Counted from the first letter of the whole stretch, positions 13,256-26,900 are shown. The stretch is DNA of 58,154 nucleotides, filler included, from Sphacelaria rigidula (GCA_964200075.2; 6 parts of 6 records of this genome joined end to end with filler, not necessarily neighbours in it), one strand, 5' to 3'. Notes: generated by a model not told the origin, from the sequence alone. Numbers and translations are program-made.

Positions 13256-15899
13256 AGGGAGAAGGGGGGAGGGGGAGGGGGGTGAAGTGTGACGATACTG
13301 ATACATGTAAATATGTATATTCATGTGCACTCGTTTTTACTAGTACCATGACATACGTGGTATACCACCCCCGAACAGCACCCCTCCGGTCATGACTGTT
13401 TCAAGGTATTATTCGTCGCACACGACCCATAGAATTGAGTTAACTAGCACTTAGGCACGGCTGCGCCCAGTGGGGTGTTTAGTGACTCGAGGTCGTCGCG
13501 TAGATGCAGAAAGTAGAACTTGAAAAATGTGCTGTGTGTCAGGAACCATTATTATGTTGTGGAGCAAGTGTCCCTTTGTACGGGAATTTTCGTCATCTAT
13601 TCTTGGTGTCATGACTGTTTCGGAAGGATCGCCACTGCCATATCAGCATGAATATACTCCATCGTGAAGCGCTCGAGGAATCCTGTTCCGAGAGTTTGGT
13701 CCGACACTCTCTCAGACATATTGGGGGTATGGCATGTGCATGCGTTGCGGCCCTCTATGGTATATGCGCGCCGAACCAGACATAAATGCATTTTTCTTTC
13801 GGGAAGGGGGGATTCTGACACGTGTAGCAGTCCTTGTTCATGGTTCAGCGGGGTGGGTTGGAGTTGTTGGGGCGTGTGAATCACACCGCACAGCACTCGC
13901 AGCTCTATCTGCCGAATACGCCGTCAACACCATGTCGTTCAACATCTTCGTGTAAGCCACACCACTTGCGGCGGTTACAACTTCACCCGCTCACGGTGGT
14001 CACCCAGTATATTTGGTGCGTTACTGTGCTGTACCGTAATTTATCGACCACGGTACGAATATCATTCGGGTGACAACGGCCCGGCCGGTCCAGATCCCCC
14101 CCGTTTCTATGTGTGCGTTGTATCTTTTGTCGGAACAATTACTCTGAGCCCGCCCCCCCAAATCAGCCGGGCGGAATGAAGCCATCTGCATGACTAGGCG
14201 CTATTGTAGCGCCCAAGGCTTTCCTGTTTGTAAAATGTGGCCTGACGATCCCGCGGGCATGTGAGGGATGACAGTTGCATGAGTTGATGGCCATTTTATG
14301 ACCCCCGCGCGCTGAATCTGATGTTAAAGTATAGACTTTCGTCATTGGAGCATGACTGAGGGTAGCGGTCTATTTTCATGGTTGAGCATGCGGGTTGGAC
14401 TTTAGGGGGTTATTTGTTTGCCGCGAAGATTCTCACAGCGGGGCGCCCGTGGGTCCACGGCTTGTCAGTTCTTGACCTTCGTGCATGACATTCCTTACAT
14501 GCGGTGGTGGTGTGGTCGCCGCTCATGGTGGTTTGCACTCGCCCAGTAAGAATGTGCTGTACTCTACTGTACTCTACTGTACTCTACTTTAGTCGCGACG
14601 ATGCAGATCAACATGTGGGATATCTACGGGTTGCAACGATCCGGTGGGCCCAGACTCTTTTCTCTATTTAGGTGTTGTGTCTTTCATCAGAACTCACAAC
14701 AATTTCTTCGAACGCCCCCAAGTAGCCAGGCCAACAAAACGTCACCTGTACAACTCGGCGCGTCAACCCTGAGACTGCGAGAGTAGGTCATCATCTATTG
14801 AATCGGCATCAAGTTCACTTGAAAAAAAGTAGGCATGGTCCAGATGGACTACCCGCATCGTGGTGTGAGGGTTGAGGGTTAACGAGAATACGCACTTGTG
14901 TCGCATAACAACAGTACGATAATGTGGTTTCCCCCCTACCCCCTTCAAATAATCCAAGGATCGGACAAATCAATGATTTGTATGGAAATTACTTGGTTTT
15001 TGTCTAATTGATTCGAATCGTACGAATCAACCCCTAGGCTTTGGTCTCAGTGTTGCAACCCAGGTACACGCAGCCCAGACACGTGGAATGGCACAAAAGT
15101 TGCGTGGATACCCCTTGGACGAGCCGTCGACTTTCTTCTACCTCTTGTGCAATCAGGCCGAAGAAATCGTGGATTTCGTGGTTTAAAGCCGTGATGATTC
15201 GTCCTAACCGTAAAATAATCCCCCTGGGTGATCCCTGGTCGATCAAATTGTTTACGTTCCAAAGAGGACTCATCGCACCCAGAGATCGCGTACACAGTAT
15301 CCTACACGTTATCCTCCGCCCCTGCGCCCTCCTCTTTGTGATGCATTCGCAGTCCCGAGGATGGTTCACCCCAGTTCGCCTTCAAATGAACGATGGTTGA
15401 TACATCTCAACCCTAGCCCTATCTCAACTAGGTTTTTTACCGATTATGCTTGTACCCCCGCTTGACGTGCGATTACAGTATAGAATAGTTCGGTGGTCCA
15501 TACTTTTGTTAACGTTGTTGTACGAACGCGGTCACCGAAGGGTTTTCGGGAGATCGATTAGGTCGGACCTGGTTTGTCTTTTTTTTTTGCCGCAAGCAAA
15601 ACTGGGCGATTTTCGAATATCACAGCCTCACAGCGCAAGGACCATCCGGTGATTGCCTTCACCTTAACACCCATCGATCGGTGGTGTCGAATTTTCGTGG
15701 GGATACACTCGATTTTTCTCGAAGAGTCGACGAGAAACGTATACTCTGCTCAACTTTTCCCGATTTGTCGATTCGTGTCATCACATGAAATGAAAACGAT
15801 TTCGACGACACACCATAGGGCGGCTTGCCTGCTGCCGCCTTCGTTCCGAGACGTTTCGTAAATCGGGAAAGTGACACCAAACCACAATAGGGGGTATAG

Positions 15900-16185
15900 C
15901 TCCCCGTGAACCCTTGTGCAACTACTTCTAAGGTACCGACCGAAACGTTATTAAACTCCATCCCGTTTGTCTTGGGGGTTTCGTCCGTAGGCTTCATGCA
16001 TTGTATTATCCCTCTGCTCATGTCTTTCTTCTTTTCTTTGTTTTGTTTTCATTTTTTTTATTTTTTTATTTTTTTTATTCCTTTGAGCGTGTTTCAGTTT
16101 CATTTTTCTTGGGCGCGTCTATCATGAGACCACGGCTGGACCCCTGGGGGTCAGTTAAAGTGCGACAATCAATCAATCAATCAAA
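15900..16185 (+). mobile_element. RTE LINE 3'UTR and tail copy
   Basis: GTCTATCATGAGACCACGGCTGGACCCCTGGGGGTCAGTTAAAGTGCG followed by (CAAT)n is near-identical to the reverse complement of 5751-5860. The 5' boundary is approximate. Confidence 0.75.
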
Positions 16186-17392
16186 TCGTGCCTTTCATCT
16201 TGATTGTAGTAGAGATAGACGCATATGTTATGGGGTTTGAGTTGCCCACGGGATAAGAACCCTACTTCGACGCCAGCCAGGAAGATACTAGGCTCAATTC
16301 ACGTGTGCATGTTGTGCACTCAGCGTACCCTTCACGTGCGTGTCCCCCCCCCCCCCTGAGCAGATGTGCCTCATTTCGAGTCTCAACGATGCCGTGTGCG
16401 GATTTATTCGTTTTTGTGTTTTTTACCCGAAGGATATTGCCGTTGGTGAAGGGCCGTGCCGCGTTGGACACACGACTCATGTTTTTCCTTCGTTGGGCAT
16501 GTCCATTTGGAGCGACCCGTTGACTAAGTCGTGCACGGCCTGTTTCGTCCTGGTGAAGTGGGGCACTGCCCCCTCACGTGCTGCTCACAGTTCTTTTACA
16601 TGCTCACATCGAGCTGGACTGTTTGAGATCTCCTCTTCTCCTTTCCCCAATGCCTCATTTTTGTTTTTGTTCGTGCTGTAGACAACTCCGTTGCCCATTC
16701 TTCGGTAATTTAATTTCGGTATCCCTAGTCCGTCGACTGTGTGCGCTGCTGTGCTGAATGCATCCCGCAGTATGCCAGCTTGCGCAGCGCGTAGTTGAAA
16801 AAGATACGTTTTTGTTTGGCATCTTTATCCACTATTGCAGAAGCAATCATAAATATTACTTACATTCAACCGCCACGTTGTGCCATGGATACGTCGTCGC
16901 AACCGACCCCGTATCAGTACGTTGGTGGGGTCAAGAGACACCCTGTACACCCTCGTGAAGCCGGTGACGGTCGTTGGTAGGAGTCTCACTGTATGTTATG
17001 TGTGCGTGTCCTAGTCCAAGATATGTGCGCTGACTCTCCGGGCGCACGGAGCCTGACCAATTGCAGGTCATGACTCACCCCCTCACTTCAGAGACTCTCG
17101 ATGATGAGGGAAAAAAAATATTTGACGGAAACCCTATTGATGAACTTCTCACGAGCTTCATAATCGGTGGTATCTGGGGATAACACCCCCCACCCCCACC
17201 CCACCCCCCATTCTCAAAACGGCTGCATCACCCTGACTCCTTGATATTGCACTTCCTATCGCTGTTTCCCATGGGATCTTGGAGGTATAACCCCTCACGC
17301 CTCACCCGTGATGAGCTCCTGCCAAAATCGAGGGATTGGATCATGATCAGTAGGTGTTAGGGACCCGTACTGGGTTTTACTAGATTGGTGGT

Positions 17393-17652
17393 CTAGGAGC
17401 GGATCTCTGCGTTGCAGGCCCATTCTCACCTCAATTTTAAGAGTTTAACTTTCATGGTCAAGACTTTTTTCATTAGTTGAGGACAACAAGCAATTCTAGT
17501 TTTCACTACAACATCCTGAACTCCCGAAAAAGCGAAAAAAAAATCTCAATGTCCCAATTTCTTCATCATGACGCCGTAGCGATTATCAGTACCAAATTTG
17601 AAATATCATCTCAAAATTGAGACGAGGGCAATTTACAGCCTGGCCCGGTCGA
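17393..17652. repeat. Internally palindromic dispersed element, opposite-orientation copy at about 35468-35774
   Basis: Ends CTAGGAGCGGATCT...TTGCAGGC and ATTTACAGCCTGGCCCGGTCGA appear reverse-complemented in the second copy. Internal inverted CCTCAATTTT / AAAATTGAG arms. Confidence 0.65.
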
Positions 17653-18052
17653 TATTCGGAACAGCATTATGCAGGCCACTTACTAGCCCAGCGTGGATAC
17701 CTGTGGTTTGAATTTTTGTGTGAAAAATCTGCGGGGCATAACCAGTTTACAATTTGAGACATGGATGTTAGTGTAGTACCACATTTTCACGAAGGCCCAG
17801 TTTTGTTTTGCTTTCAGTATGCCCTTGCGGTTCTCCATCCCAAATGTTGAAACACTACTCGAAAATCTGCGCTGAGAATTAAATCTGTTTCGTCACATTT
17901 CTTCTTGTTTGACATGATGCCGAGTGAGACCTGACGGAGAAGCGTTTCGTACACGGGTGGTTTTTGGTCGGCTTATTGTGTATATCCCGATCCTGTCTCC
18001 ACCCGTCATTTTGTTTCGGTCGGTCGTTTTTCTTATTTTGCTGTGCAACTGG

Positions 18053-18123
18053 CCAATCAGGTGGTTACTCGCGTCGTCGTCTTCTTGATTGGCTAGGTGT
18101 TGCCTCGGGCGAGGTGTGATTGG
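18053..18123. promoter_or_regulatory. Triple CCAAT-box cluster, putative promoter
   Basis: CCAAT at 18053, ATTGG at 18088 and 18119 (spacing 35 and 31 bp). Followed by a CAA/CAG-rich leader, a GTGAGC donor at 18202 and a strong polypyrimidine-CAG acceptor at about 18698. Confidence 0.4.
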
Positions 18124-19420
18124 GCTCCGGCCCTCGCTCATGGTGTCGGCAGAGGCTCGGAGGAATAGTAACAGTCAACAACAGCAACAGCAGCAACAAC
18201 AGTGAGCAAACCCTGTCGTCGTTGGCAACATTTCTAGCATGTTTTGTGTTGCTATCTGGCCGACGTGGTGGTTGATTGATTCACCGGTGGCGTGATGCAT
18301 CAAGGGATGGCTTGATTGGGCGATCGATGGAATGATTGCATATCAATACTCGCTCTTTTTGTCTCACATCTTCCTCCTGTGTGGCCCCGGCTGATGCGCT
18401 CACAGATACCGAAAGGTGTAGGCTGGCCTTCAGAATAGATGGGATGACAGCGCACACTTTCTCCTTTGCTGTGAATTCATCCCGTGACCCATTATCTGTA
18501 AGGTCTAGAAACGACAACGATCAGGTCGTTGTCGTACATGCGGCAACCCAACCGTGTATACGTCGTGCTTTCGCCCTCTCTTGTCGCCTACATACCGAAT
18601 CACCGATGCTTTCAAGTCCCATGTTCTCTTTTCCCCATCATTTTTCTGTTTTCCTTCCTTTCCTCCTCTTTTTTCTGCGTTTTTTTTTTTTTCCACAGCA
18701 TACTCTCTTGCCTTCCTTCCGCCAGTGTTTCCGTTTTTTTTTTTTTCCTCGGGTGCGTCCATCTTGTGTATGATGACGACCACGTGTAGCATGTGCACCA
18801 CCGCCCAGATGGATAAGGTGACTTGTGTACAGAGTTGAGTTGGGGGGCATCAAAGCAGGTTTGCTTGGTGAGGATAACTCTACCTCGTTAAGGAAGAGGG
18901 ACCCATTCATGCCCTAGACTACCTGGGTGGGGGGAGCACTCCCACCTTGGCGCCTACCCGTACACTCAACTCCTCAATGACTATTCATCCTTAGGGTTGG
19001 ATATGAAAGAGACGGCGGGTGGAGCGCACTCGAACACGCTGCACGAACCTGAAACAGCAGAGTATTGCACGGTAAAGCTTCCTATTCGTCTGCTGGGGAC
19101 AAATGAAGAAAATGTGCGACACTCAATCCAGTGAATCATGGATTTGTAATTTTCATGCGAACTCTTTGTGACACGTCTCCTTCACCCTGTCAGCACGGTT
19201 ATTTTTCGATTTGTGCTTTCGAAGAGTCAGCCGTATTCGTAAGCCACAAATCGGTGGGAACCTTCTGACGGTTGGGTGGTGGGTTCAATTCTCGGAGCGA
19301 TCTGGGATTTTTTCTCACACNNNNNNNNNNNNNNNNNNNNNNNNNNNNNNNNNNNNNNNNNNNNTTAATTAATTAANNNNNNNNNNNNNNNNNNNNNNNN
19401 NNNNNNNNNNNNNNNNNNNN

Positions 19421-19765
19421 CCACACTTTCAGCGATGGTGCCCGATGACGTTTTTGTCGGCCTAATGCCCCTCGATCGCGTCGATACGTTTTCCGCGCAA
19501 TTCACCGACTCTGCGAGCTTACAGGGCTGACCGAAACAGTCATTTCCCCGCCTGTTTTGAGGGGGGAAAATGACGGTTTCGGTCAGAGCTATAGGCTCAC
19601 AGAGTCGGCAAATTGCGCTGGAGAAGTATATACGCGATTGAGGGGCATTCGGCCGACAAAAACGTCTTTGGGCACCATCGCTGAAGTGTGGGAAAAGCAC
19701 TCTTTTAGGCTTGAACCTCATCTCGGAGTTAAACCTCAAATCGCACACTTTGTTCTTGTTTGGTG
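19421..19765. mobile_element. Foldback MITE, truncated by the contig start, abutting or inserted in the Gypsy gag
   Basis: 19421-19550 and 19560-19691 form an approximately 130-bp inverted repeat. The end ...TTGTTTGGTG is followed by TA. The terminal sequence has a reverse-complement homolog at 38660-38738. Confidence 0.75.
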
Positions 19766-19767
19766 TA

Positions 19768-20962
19768 GCCACCAACGTTAGTTTCGCCGACTACCTTCGG
19801 CAGTTTAAGTTGTTGATTTCCAGCACCTTGGGAACTGGTCGCCAGAGCGGGCCTTCCGATTCTATGTATCAGTCATATGTCCGTACAAGCGTCTCCGAGC
19901 AGTTTCCGGCATTGATGCCGTCGTTGTTTCCGGGTGCCTTAGACTGCTGCGGAGATAGCCCCCCCCAACCGGCCAAAAACGTGCACGGAGGCGATGATCG
20001 CAAATGCCGTCAGAGCTGGTAATTTGCTGCACGACACGACTCATTTGGGCGTTATAGCTGATTTTGGACTGCTACACGCCTCTCATGTGGGTGGAATTTC
20101 TGCAAACGAGCCCAATAGTGGGATCGCAGCCGGTTTGCCGGACGGTCTCCGGTGCACTTTTCGTGGGGGGCTATCTCGGCAATAGTCCTTAGCACATTGG
20201 GAGGTGCCTTACGCCCCTGTTGATGCAATGTGGACGGCTTTCGTCCACCAAGAAAGCAACCTCACTACCGCCATTCGGGGTGACAAGTATTCGTCTTCGC
20301 GTTCACAGCCTGCCGCTGTCTCCTCCGCAAACACCTACGGGTCTCGCGGACGGAACCCGAGTTCACCTCGTAGTACATGGACCCTTGACTCTGTCGCCGG
20401 TTCAGTAATGAATGTTAAAAAAAACAAAGATCCTTTCCGCGCGAGTTTTGACGGCTAGCCGTACTCTGCCGAAACATGGGACGATGTTTATTTGACTTCT
20501 ACGACAGCTTTTGACACAGATGATCCCTGTTTGTGGAACCCGCTTCTGTCTTATTCGGCTAGACAAGACGCTTTTGGTCGCCACGTCAACAGCTGTAACA
20601 ATTGCAAAGCACAAGGCCACAGCATGCGCAATTGCACCAAATCATGCATCAACGCGTTCGATGTCATGAACCCTGAACTATAGGACAACGAACCCGCGTG
20701 GCGCCGCTGGCAAAAACGAATGCGCGATTATCGTGCTCCGAGTGGTAATAATCGTAGCCATTCGAACAACCGCGGCAACAACCGCTCTAATCGCACGCGC
20801 CGGCAAAACACCAACCACGGTTCCGGCACTCGCCAACAAGATCATACATCTCGCGCCAATCATAGCTCCGCTGATAGACATCAGCGGGCGGGACCGACAC
20901 ATAGCTCGAACCCCAACACCAGAAACCCTAGTACCCTCACTTCGGATCGCTTAGACCCATGA
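19768..20962 (+). pseudogene. gag: Gypsy gag remnant with zinc knuckle
   Basis: CNNCKAQGHSMRNC (CX2CX4HX4C) at about 20594-20635, followed by an N/R-rich tail. Mostly one frame with in-frame stops. Ends at TGA 20960-62. Confidence 0.8.
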
Positions 20963-23900
20963 CGCAACAACGCCGGCGTTTTCAAGTCTTCGGCGCCGCC
21001 GACAGCACTTTCGAAGATTTTTCAAGACTACCCGCGGCGTCCGTGACTCAGATTCTTCACCCGACTCCCCCGGCATTACACAGGAGCGCAACTGATGGCC
21101 GTTCAATTCGATCCCCGTCTCCAACCTCCACACACTTTGCAACACAGCCCGCAGAGCCCGCGACTAAGAGTGTTCGCCCGGCTACCCCGGCGATATACGG
21201 GAGCGCAACCGACGGCCGTTCATTTCGATCCCCGTCTTCACCCCTCCACACACCGCGTAACAGTTGTGTCAATCCGCGACTCATACCTACACCCGGCCCT
21301 GAACTTGGTCCTTCAGTACCGAGTGTACGTCTGAGGTTTGGGAAGACCAACCGCCAGTCTCTGAGGCAACGTCTTTCCTCAGCGACCGCACGCACAGGTC
21401 GTCACAAGCTTTTTTCAGCTGACCCCAGGGTTGGTGATTTGAATTTGACCACATCGGATCATGTCGTCCTCCATCAGCTGGATCGAGCTTCTTCCTCGCG
21501 ATTTTCAACCCGCGCAAAACTACCTTTGGCAGGTTCAAATAACAACCGCCCCAGAATACCTTCGGCCATGTCTCCCCCGCCAAGCTTGTCCACGTAAAGC
21601 AGCCCACAAGCTTCGCCCCATCATGCCCCGATGCTGACCCCGTCCACCCGACTGGACACAGTTGTGATCTCATCCCCAAATGCTTTGGAAGTTCCCCGCT
21701 CTTCGTCACGGCGAAAAAGAAAGCCCCGTAAGCATGCCCCCAAAGACGCGCGCGCATCACTACGTACCCCTCTTTCGAGCGGAAATCCTCGACCTCAATC
21801 CCTCCAAAATGCGATGGCTTTGAGCTCGACGAACCTATCAAGTATCACGGAAGAAACGGAATCAGATATTTCTGACGCCTCTTCTTGTTCAATGGACGAC
21901 TCCAGGCACATACAATCTGGATCTGCCTTAGACGGTAGTCCCTGCCAACCGAAGACGATCATTTATGAAATCGCTAATGGCCATCCTGCCTGTGCCATAC
22001 CTGGAAATGATAAATCGTCCACCCCCTTCTTTGGTGAAGAATCTGACCCACCGGCGGACCAACCGCCTTCTGTTTTTGCTGTCAGCCACGCCGATCCTGA
22101 CCAGTTTACCTTGCCGAAACACGGTCCGGATCTTGTCGGCAGCAAAGTGTCAGATCCGGCCACTTTCACTACTCGCGTTGCGATCCAGGCCCGTCCAAAC
22201 GCTATCACTCCTACGAAATGCGTATCTTTGTTGGACAGCGGCAGCCCGCAAACATTTATTCGAGAACCAACATGGAAACACGTGAAACAGACTGACGCTG
22301 CTACTGCAGCTTGCGAAACCATCACCAAACCTTGCGTGTGGGGCGGTTTTGGTGGTTCTGCCGCGCCACTGACGACACGAAAATCCGTACGTCTCAGTGT
22401 AAAATTCTTTCACAACACCACTCGATCTACCAGCCTGGCAGTCTGGGCATACATCGTCCCTGACAACACAATGCATCACCCCATATTATTGGGCAGAGAT
22501 AGCTATATGTGGTTTAAAGAACGAACCTACCGCACGCTTCCACCACTCACGCCACATTCCACGCCGCGCGGAGAATTCAACCTCGAGCACTTCGGTACTC
22601 TCTACGGCACCCTGGCTTATCAGAAGAGTCATCAAGCGACCGGAGCTGCTTACCACCTACGATATAACGGTAGCGTGGGTATTACACTCTCCGACGACAA
22701 CCAACTTCTTGAAGTTGCACTAGTTCGCCGAAATGGCATGCCAGCACTTACGGGCCATTATCTTGCTGAACTGTTACCCCGTATTGGCGCACCAGCCGAC
22801 ACAGAACATTTTTTGTCGGCGGGACAACAACTCCTCCCTCTTACGGGCCATGCTAACTTGGAACCCGGCGATGTTTTATGAATCGCCGCTGCTCCCCTGA
22901 TGCACATCCCACTCGAGACGTGCGTCACAGATCCTGCCGCGCCTAACGCCACATCTCCGGCGGAGTCAGTCCATTGTGTCGATGAACCCTATTTCGACCT
23001 CGCCTCCGCGACTCCACCCCACGTTCACATCGTGGATCCTGCCCAGTCAAATTTCGATCCTTCTGCTGAAGCGCTTCAACGCTCATCTCCAAATTCTCGG
23101 AATAGTTTCTTGCACATGTGGCACCAACTGCCGCCACACATGCGCGACATCAATTTTGACCTTCATAGGCCTGGTTGGGAACCGGCAGTCATCCAAGAAC
23201 TCAGTGATGTCCTGCTAGAGTACCAAGACCGATTTTCCCGATATCAGGACGGATCTTGGCCATTGCAAAACACTGCCCTTTGAGGTTACCCTCTAACCCG
23301 GCGTCACGCCGATCTCTTCCCGACCATACAGGACGAACCCAATCCCTACCAAGAAGGTTAACGCCATCTTGGATGCGTATTTGGGAGCAGGGCTAATACA
23401 GCATTCCTCCTCTCCTTGGGACGCGCCGCTTGTGGTTGTCCCTAAAAAGGACGGCAACATACGCATCACCGTGAATTACCAACGGTTGAACCGCGTCACC
23501 GTGATTGGTAAACTTCCAATCCCCCGCATTGATGAAGTCTTCGACTCCTTAAGTGAAGGAAAAATATTTAGCACCTTCGATCTCGCTTCTGGGTTCTTCC
23601 AGAATGCTATCAACCCTGACACAGTGCCACTTACGACTTTTTCTACCTCGTCCGGGCTCTATGAATGGCTCCGAATGCCACAAGGCGCTGCCACCGCTCC
23701 AGGATGCTTTCAACGCTTAATCCAACGCGTTACGGACGGCCTCGAGCACATCATCATGTACCCAGATGACGCTATCGCTTTTGATGCCTCACCTATTGCA
23801 CATGTCCGCACTCTGCGAGAACTTCTCTCTCGACTGAGAACACACGATTTGAAATTGTCCCCATCCAAAGCTCGCCTTGGCGCGACTGCCTTGGAGGTTT

Positions 23901-26900
23901 TGGGGCATTCCATCTCGCCCGCAGGCCTACATCCGGATACGAACAAAGTCAGGGCTATGACCGACTCACCGATGCCAACTAACATCTCTCAACTTCGCTC
24001 ATTGTTGGGCGGGCTATCTTACTGCCGCAAGTTTTTGCCGAATTTATCTAAACGGATACGCCCCCTCACCGAGCTACTCAAGAAAGGCGCCGTGTTTTCC
24101 TTCACCGCCGAGATGGAAAATATCACCCGCGAATTGCTGAAAACGCTTACCGAAAAACCGGTCCTCTGTTTCCCTGATTGGGAGGCAGTACAAGACGGCT
24201 CTTGCCTTCTTCAACTCCACACTAACGCTAGCACAGAAGGATTTGGAGGAATTTTGAATCAACCTCAGGCTGATAGCTCTGTTCGACCTCTTCTCTACAT
24301 CAGTCGGCCACCCTGCCCAATGAGGCCAACTGGAGCCCGTTAGAACTGGAAGGCGGAGTTATCAACTGGGCCATGAAGCGCCTTCGACAATACCTCTTTC
24401 ACGTTCCCGTTGAAATCTACACGGATCATGGGGCACTCGAGCAACTCGCCAAGGTCGGCAAACACAACCTGCGTGTACAACGCTGGTTGGAGTTTCTAAC
24501 AGCATACCAGTACACCATTAAGCATCGCCCAGGTAAAACCAACGGAAACGCTGATCTTCTCTCCCGATTACCCCTGCCGCCAACAGCCGCAGATTCCCGC
24601 CCGGCTTGCCGTCTAATGGAACCCGACGAACCTGGGATATACCCTATTAGACGTTTTCGACGCCAGTCTACGCCCTTGACCTTCAATGTCCAGAAACTGG
24701 TATGCACATGGGCGGACCTCGCCCTCTGCCTTATGACGCCGTCTTGGGTGGGTTAAAACCCACAACCTCCGATTTTGTCGATTTCTGGACCTTTGGTAGT
24801 CGCGCCAAGTTTCTCACGGCGACACCCTCGGTTATCCACCTGATTTCAGACAACACGCGCTCTCGGTCTGCCGCCCGCACCAACCCCCCAAGTGCCCCGC
24901 CGCCACCGATGACAGCTGCAGGTTCTGCGAGCCACACAGCGCCGGCCCTACGGACCGACCCGCAACGCTCCGCAATCACTACTGCAACAAACAACACGCG
25001 CCGCAGACCTTCTTCGCCGCACAAAACTTCAACTCCGCCGCTTATGACGGCAACACCGGCAACCCCTGCTCCCGAGGCGGAGATTGACGTAGGTATTTCT
25101 GCCCCGTCACCTGTTCCCCCGCTACCTACCCCACCATGTTTGGTCGGCTCCCCAGCGAAAGGCCAGCTGCGCGAGTTTCTCGCTAGCTACTCTCACCGTG
25201 ACTGGGCTCGCGAATAAAACCCAGAACCGCTATGTCGCGCAGCCACCCGTTACTTACAGCTCGACTGCCCAGTTCCTTTTCCGCCCGAACTTTTGGCTCC
25301 TGTCGGCACACTGCCACCACCAGATATCTCCGGGGTATATGAACTCGTGCGTAAAGGCACAATTTTTACCACGGACGAAGGTGTGTAATTACTCGTGCGT
25401 CGACCCACGCCTTTAGCAGGCGCAATTACTACCTCCACCACGGGACGCCACGCACGACTACTCGATGACGAACCCACGCGCATATGTGTTCCGCTATTAT
25501 TGCGCCCCTGGGTCATGAAAGGCTGTCACACAGACTTGTCATGTCATCTTGGCGTCACCCGCACCCTAGCGCTCTTGGAACGCTTTTACTGGTGGGTTGG
25601 CATGGAAATTTCCACCCGCTTTTGGATTCGGCAATGCTTCAAATGCCAAGCTCAAAAGACTTGACGGCAGACAGTCCGCTGGCCAGTCATCTCTATGCGA
25701 TTTCCCAACGCGCCCGGCCACCTTGTGTCCTTTGACTATTTCGGCCCTCTACCGCCCACAGGTCGCGGCAAAAGCTACATCTTACCCTTCACTGACCGCT
25801 TCAGCCGCCACGCGTCCATGTACGCGGTAACCGCTGCAGATTTCACTGCAGCAAGAACGGCCGACATATTGGTCCACGACTACATCAAGCACTACGGTTG
25901 CCCGAAACAACTTCTTTCAGACAATGGTCAGCAAGTTTTCTCAGATCGTTCTGCGGAGCTTTAAAGCTCCTGGGCATCCGCAAAATTGCCACGAGCGCCT
26001 ACCACCCTAACGGCAACGGTGGTACCGAACGAGTTAACCACACCATGGCCCACATGCTCTCTATGGTCGTTAACGACCGCCAAAATGACTGGGACCTACA
26101 TCTCTCGCACATTATGTCGTCCTACAATAACTCGGTTAATGCCGCCACATGCCTTTCTCCGAACGAACTGCATCTTGGACGTTACCCCCGGCTACCCATC
26201 ACCGTGTTTGAAAGACACACGTCCGACGGCCACCAAGGCTTAGATCAGGATCAAATATCCTACCATGAGCTAGCGCATTCACGACAACGAAAAGCGTATA
26301 CCCTCGTGCGTGAACAACACGCCATCAACGCCTCGCGCCTGGAGCGATCTAACACTGCTCTCTACAACCTAATGTACAAACGCCCCAACTGGAAAACTGG
26401 TGATTGGGCTTGGGTCTACAACAGTCTCAGCAAGGCAACCGATGAAACAATTTTGAAGGCAAAATTGTCCCTCAATTGGACAGGACCTTTCAAGATTCTG
26501 ACAGTCGATCCCTCGCCATCCTCACAGGATGATAAACCCGTTGGCGACAAACTCCTCTATCTCGATCTGCCTCGCGACCTTCAGGGCAAAGACACCATAC
26601 CCCGCGTCTCCGTGCACAGGTGCAAACCATGCACGAACCCGCATGATACAAGTGACATGCCCAAATGCCTGCCTGCAGGACTTACACAGTACGTTCTCAA
26701 CAGCTACTCGACCAAGTCTCCGCCCTACCACGTCACCACTGATGACGTAACGGAACAGCCCCTCCGCCTGACGGTTTCTGCCATATCCGGTCATCAAATC
26801 ACTCGTGGTCGACGTGGCAAAATTGCCGTCATGTATTAGACCCACTGGCAAGGTCTTCGGAGAGCTTCTTGGGAACGCGAATCCGACCTTCAATTGCACC

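Noticed and set aside
13600-14040. Coding-like stretch (...GWVGVVGACESHRTALAALSAEYAVNTMSFNIFV)
   Set aside because: It has in-frame stops, no consistent splice sites and no family I can recognise.
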